A stretch of DNA of 64,000 nt from an uncultured Candidatus Saccharibacteria bacterium (GTDB taxonomy: Bacteria; Patescibacteriota; UBA1384; CAYGGE01), in assembly GCA_964349485.1 (NCBI GenBank), contig CAYGGE010000003.1, positions 5,899 to 69,898 of the forward strand. Reading direction: 5' to 3'. Under the pieces are notes generated by a model, which did no database searches, was not told where the DNA came from, and was given only the letters and a program-made list of their open reading frames with translations. Below are positions 60,314 through 64,000 of the stretch, one piece after another. A program made the position numbers and the translations under genes. Within the stretch, counting starts at the first letter, position 1. The number at the start of each line of letters is the position of its first letter.

Positions 60314-60484
60314 ATGGCAATGCCTAAGAAAAAACTATCAAGCACCCGTGGCAAACGACGACGAAGCGAGAACGATAAATTGACTCGCCAAGCGGTTGCT
60401 ATTTGTGCTAATTGTGGTGTAACCAATGCACCTCATACCGTTTGTGCAAAATGTGGTTATTATAAGGGTCAAAAAGTAACTTAA
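60314..60484 (+). CDS. rpmF: 50S ribosomal protein L32
   Basis: MAMPKKKLSSTRGKRRRS...CANCG...HTVCAKCGYY zinc-ribbon L32 pattern. Confidence 0.8.
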   Translation: MAMPKKKLSSTRGKRRRSENDKLTRQAVAICANCGVTNAPHTVCAKCGYYKGQKVT

Positions 60485-60509
60485 GCTTCAATAAGTTGGA
60501 GTGCACCTC

Positions 60510-60944
60510 ATGAATCGACATCTTTCTCGAACGATTTGCATGCAAACACTCTATGAGTGGGACATGCGTCGCGAAAGCGATATAACAGAAGTGACCAATC
60601 GCAATATCGTTGAATTTCAAGATGATGCTGATGCTGACTACATTCGACAGGTAGTGACCGGTAGTATCGAACGTAGTCAAGAGATTGATGGACAGATAGA
60701 GAAAGTTGCTCCCGAGTGGCCAATCAATCAGATTTCGCCAATTGATAAAGCCATCTTGCGCCTGGCGATCTTCGAACTTTTATTTAGCGAGGACGTTCCT
60801 CCAAAAGTAGCCATCAATGAAGCAGTTGAGCTATCGAAAATGTTTGGTGGTGAAAATTCTTCTAAATTTATTAATGGCGTATTAGGAACTATATATCGCT
60901 CTTCGAAAAAATATAATCCAGATGACGATAAAACAGAAGAGTAG
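60510..60944 (+). CDS. nusB: transcription antitermination factor NusB
   Basis: RHLSRTICMQTLYEWD...ILRLAIFELLFSEDVPPKVAINEAVELSKMFGGENSSKFINGVLG. Confidence 0.9.
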   Translation: MNRHLSRTICMQTLYEWDMRRESDITEVTNRNIVEFQDDADADYIRQVVTGSIERSQEIDGQIEKVAPEWPINQISPIDKAILRLAIFELLFSEDVPPKVAINEAVELSKMFGGENSSKFINGVLGTIYRSSKKYNPDDDKTEE

Positions 60945-61005
60945 TTTTACGAGCTTCACGTGAATTATCCGTGCCGTTCGTAAATCTATTCTCTAGAAAG
61001 AGTAT

Positions 61006-61698
61006 ATGCCAAGTGATCTTTCAGAGATCGAAAAGCAGTTAGGTATCTCATTTACCGATAAAGACCTGCTTCGACAGGTATTCGTCCATCGCTCGTATCT
61101 CAATGAGAATGCTGGTTTCGATCTTGCGCACAATGAACGACTCGAGTTTTTGGGCGATGCTGTACTCGAATTGGTTGTAACCGAACATCTTTACAAGAAT
61201 TACCATAATCCCGAAGGCGAGTTGACTAACTGGCGGAGCGCCATTGTTCGTGGTGTCATGCTCGCCGAGGTTGCTCAAAGCTTATCAATAGGCGACTATC
61301 TTTTCTTGTCTCGGGGTGAACAAAAAAGTGGCGGTAAGGCCCGACAGTTAATCCTTGCGAATACCTTCGAAGCATTTATTGGCGCCCTTTATCTCGACAA
61401 AGGTTACGAAGCGGCCCAAGCCTTTATCGGTCAACATCTCTTAGTCCGATTGGCGCCTATAATTGAGAACAAACTATATCTAGACGCTAAAAGTCGGCTA
61501 CAGGAGCTCTCGCAGGAGCGCTTTGGAGTTACCCCTTCGTATCGCGTCCTTTCCGAAAATGGTCCTGACCACTCAAAGAGCTTTAAGGTTGGTGTATACG
61601 TTGGGGATAAGCCCATGGGTGAAGGTTCTGGTAGCTCAAAACAAAACGCCGAACAGGCCGCGGCGACCAATGCGTTAAGTGGTCTCAATATTATTTAA
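61006..61698 (+). CDS. rnc: ribonuclease III
   Basis: HRSY...NERLEFLGDAVL RNase III signature, C-terminal dsRBD. Confidence 0.93.
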   Translation: MPSDLSEIEKQLGISFTDKDLLRQVFVHRSYLNENAGFDLAHNERLEFLGDAVLELVVTEHLYKNYHNPEGELTNWRSAIVRGVMLAEVAQSLSIGDYLFLSRGEQKSGGKARQLILANTFEAFIGALYLDKGYEAAQAFIGQHLLVRLAPIIENKLYLDAKSRLQELSQERFGVTPSYRVLSENGPDHSKSFKVGVYVGDKPMGEGSGSSKQNAEQAAATNALSGLNII

Positions 61699-61700
61699 TT

Positions 61701-62450
61701 TTATTGCGCGCTACTAATACAGTACGGTCTAAGATTGATATAGAGCTCTTTTGCTTTGCGGGTTAGACGACTATGGGGAGCGATATTGATTGGCAACTTA
61801 GGATCGATACTGACCGCTTCGGCATATAGAAACACAGCTTTTTTCGCCAAAAATTGGTTCTGTGGTCGTGATCGTCGTTTAACCGAAGACAGAGTTCTCT
61901 CACCCTGACTGATGAACATTTCATAACGACGCTCGATTGTCACCCAGTCCCAGCACTGTCTAACAAATAGTGAAAGCTGGTATGTGCTATCATCGGCGGT
62001 CGTTACTAGCTGAAAGATATAATTATCGATGCCTTGACGCCTGGAGTACCGTTGCAATTCTTGCTTATTCTGCCTGGCCGATACCCAAACACTCGATTTT
62101 AACATCCCATAATTAGCCGTCTTCAAAAAATTACGAAGATTGTCGCGTAACTTTCTTTTTGATTCCGGGATATCAAATATCACCAAATGCCACTGTCGAT
62201 TCCAAGTCTCTGGACTGGTTTTTTTTATCGCGTCTAGCGTTTGATTGAGTTTCTCTATCCCGTGCAGACTAATACTGTACGTCAACTCACTACGACGCTC
62301 TTTTTTTATGACTAAACCCTTGTTAACTAGGCGACCGAGTGCTGAGTAGATAACCTGGAGGTCGGGATTTTCGAAGTAAGTCGGTATGATCTCTGTCGAA
62401 GATTCACCTAGATCATCGAGCAGGATGAGTAACTCATCGATGATAGTCAT
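61701..62450 (-). CDS. PaaX-family transcriptional regulator
   Basis: N-terminal winged HTH; WNRQWHLVIFDIPESKRKLRDNLRNFLKTANYGMLKSSVWVSA matches the PaaX core. Confidence 0.6.
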   Translation of the reverse strand: MTIIDELLILLDDLGESSTEIIPTYFENPDLQVIYSALGRLVNKGLVIKKERRSELTYSISLHGIEKLNQTLDAIKKTSPETWNRQWHLVIFDIPESKRKLRDNLRNFLKTANYGMLKSSVWVSARQNKQELQRYSRRQGIDNYIFQLVTTADDSTYQLSLFVRQCWDWVTIERRYEMFISQGERTLSSVKRRSRPQNQFLAKKAVFLYAEAVSIDPKLPINIAPHSRLTRKAKELYINLRPYCISSAQ

Positions 62451-62537
62451 GCCCTCTCCCTAAAGTTTAGAACTTATTCGATCGTTAAGTCTATACTATA
62501 AAGATTGGTCTACAATGTCAAACCGGAGGCAGCTAAG

Positions 62538-63716
62538 TTAGCGAACAATAGACTGCCAGGTAAAATTGGCGAAGCCATATTCAAAAAGTTTCCTCGAAAC
62601 GATAGCGCTGGCTTGGGCAGTATTATCATATGTATCAAATACTACTGCAATTAGCCGGTGGCCGTCTTGCACTGCACTTGAGACGAGACAATGGCCAGCC
62701 CCAGTACCATCGGCAAGTTTTGGTGTGTTACCAGTCTTGCCTGATTCAGTTGGCAGATATTCGAAACCTGAACCCTGCTTAATCAACCAGTTAGAGTTCT
62801 CAAATAGATGGCGATAATGTTCAGGTGAGATGTATTCATACGTTGCCAGTCCGGCAATCTCCATATAAAGATCGAAGTTTAAGGCATAAATCTTTAATTT
62901 GGCCATGTCTCGGGCAGTCGATCTACCTTCTAAATCATTCAGTCCAGCCGGATCTGCAAAGTGAGTATTATATGCACCCTGTCGTCTGGCCATGGCGTTC
63001 ATCTCATCGACAAAGCGTTTGATTGGATCTGTATCGCCTGGTTTAGCTAACTGCTCGGCGATGGCATATGCGGCGTCGTTGCCGGAGACCATTAGTAGAC
63101 CATATAGTAGCTCGCGAATTGTGGCAGTTTCACCGATACGAAACCCGACAGCCGAGCCGATTTGTGTCGCAGCAGCTTGAGATATGGTCACCCGTTCTTC
63201 AAGATTCTTGTATTGTTCAAGGGCAACAATAGCGGTCGCGATCTTGGTTGTGCTAGCGATCGGCACAGGCTTATCGGCGGATTTTTCATAGAGTACTGTA
63301 TGACTTGTTGCATCGACTAAAATAACATTTTCAGCAGCACTGTAGGGATCCTTGACCCCATTGTTACGAATTGGCATGGGCGGGAGCTTTAGCGAGGCTA
63401 TCGTCGGCAAACTAACAGTCGGCAGACTGTTGATCGATGCTGTAGCTTCGACAGTTGCTGTACCATCGGACGCGACTACTGCGCCATCAGGATTACTGCC
63501 CTCAAAGCCAATGATTGCGACGGTTATCGCCAAGGCCATAACAAGCAGATGACGCCATTTATCAAAGACTTTAGGCGGGATTGTCGGTTTACGCATGCCT
63601 ATCTTTTGAGAGCGATTCATCGACGGTGTTTGATGACCAGCACGAAGACCCGATCCCGGAACTCGCCGCGATAGTTCGGTCGATTTTGGCTGTAAGGACG
63701 GACCAAAGCTACTCAT
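62538..63716 (-). CDS. D-alanyl-D-alanine carboxypeptidase (S11, PBP5-like)
   Basis: SXXK ASTTKI, SXN VSGNDAA, KTG KTGNT; signal/TM anchor. Confidence 0.85.
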   Translation of the reverse strand: MSSFGPSLQPKSTELSRRVPGSGLRAGHQTPSMNRSQKIGMRKPTIPPKVFDKWRHLLVMALAITVAIIGFEGSNPDGAVVASDGTATVEATASINSLPTVSLPTIASLKLPPMPIRNNGVKDPYSAAENVILVDATSHTVLYEKSADKPVPIASTTKIATAIVALEQYKNLEERVTISQAAATQIGSAVGFRIGETATIRELLYGLLMVSGNDAAYAIAEQLAKPGDTDPIKRFVDEMNAMARRQGAYNTHFADPAGLNDLEGRSTARDMAKLKIYALNFDLYMEIAGLATYEYISPEHYRHLFENSNWLIKQGSGFEYLPTESGKTGNTPKLADGTGAGHCLVSSAVQDGHRLIAVVFDTYDNTAQASAIVSRKLFEYGFANFTWQSIVR

Positions 63717-63787
63717 TCCCCTCCATGATGAAAGTTATATCTTAACAACTCTACCTCAAGTAGCACGTTTTGTCGAGCGACTAAACG

Positions 63788-64000
63788 CTATTCGGTCACC
63801 TTAATATGTAGCTCTTTTTGCTGTTTATCGCTAATGGTCCCAGGTGCATCCATCATCAAATCTCGGCCATCACCAGTTTTTGGAAAGGCGATGACTTCAC
63901 GGATGTTTGGTTCGCCGGCTAACAGCATGACTAAGCGATCAATCCCTGGGGCGATGCCACCATGGGGTGGGGCGCCGTAGCTGAAGGCTTCGAGCATGTG
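63788..64000 (-). CDS. class II aminoacyl-tRNA synthetase C-terminus (AspRS-like), truncated by window edge
   Basis: motif 3 [14 protein letters not shown]...[10 protein letters not shown]; gene continues beyond 64000. Confidence 0.7.
   Translation of the reverse strand, partial: HMLEAFSYGAPPHGGIAPGIDRLVMLLAGEPNIREVIAFPKTGDGRDLMMDAPGTISDKQQKELHIKVTE

Overview
The window is a 64-kb, gene-dense (~90% coding), mostly co-directional chromosomal segment of about 45% GC. It carries core housekeeping genes of a small-genome bacterium. Class-I LysRS, a lamin-tail-domain surface protein, an LCP protein, a short IF-2 and many overlapping gene junctions suggest a Patescibacteria/CPR-like organism (inference). 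Recognisable blocks, in order, are: dnaQ-like exonuclease, ppa, ruvX-mltG, mreBCD-PBP2, greA, lysK, serS, hpf, secA, a pentose-phosphate/glycolysis operon (ppnK, His-phosphatase, rpiB, LOG-like, beta-CASP RNase, rpe, fba, pfkB, gap), ftsE-ftsX-M23(EnvC-like), ruvB, a cell-envelope island (PH-domain protein, LTD protein, LCP, PPIase), rpoB-rpoC, a truncated str operon (rpsL-rpsG-fusA-tuf-rpsJ) ending in a terminator, convergent obg / LysM-M23 / infB / NDH-2-like / membrane protein / tRNA-Val(GAC), leuS, rpmF, nusB, rnc, a PaaX-like regulator, a D-Ala-D-Ala carboxypeptidase and the 3' end of a class-II aaRS (AspRS-like). No CRISPR array, rRNA, transposase or prophage signature was seen. The most unusual items are: (1) a clear PafA/Dop-family Pup-ligase homolog (Pup-proteasome-system enzyme, normally actinobacterial) lying convergent with a membrane-anchored coiled-coil HExxH protein, with no Pup or proteasome genes in the window; (2) an XRE-HTH::Hsp20 (alpha-crystallin) fusion protein with a perfect palindromic operator over its own promoter/RBS; (3) an FtsA-like actin ATPase not followed by ftsZ but by a 564-aa bitopic protein of unknown function; (4) a LOG/TIGR00725-like gene and a beta-CASP RNase embedded in a sugar-phosphate operon, which would fit a nucleotide-ribose salvage route.
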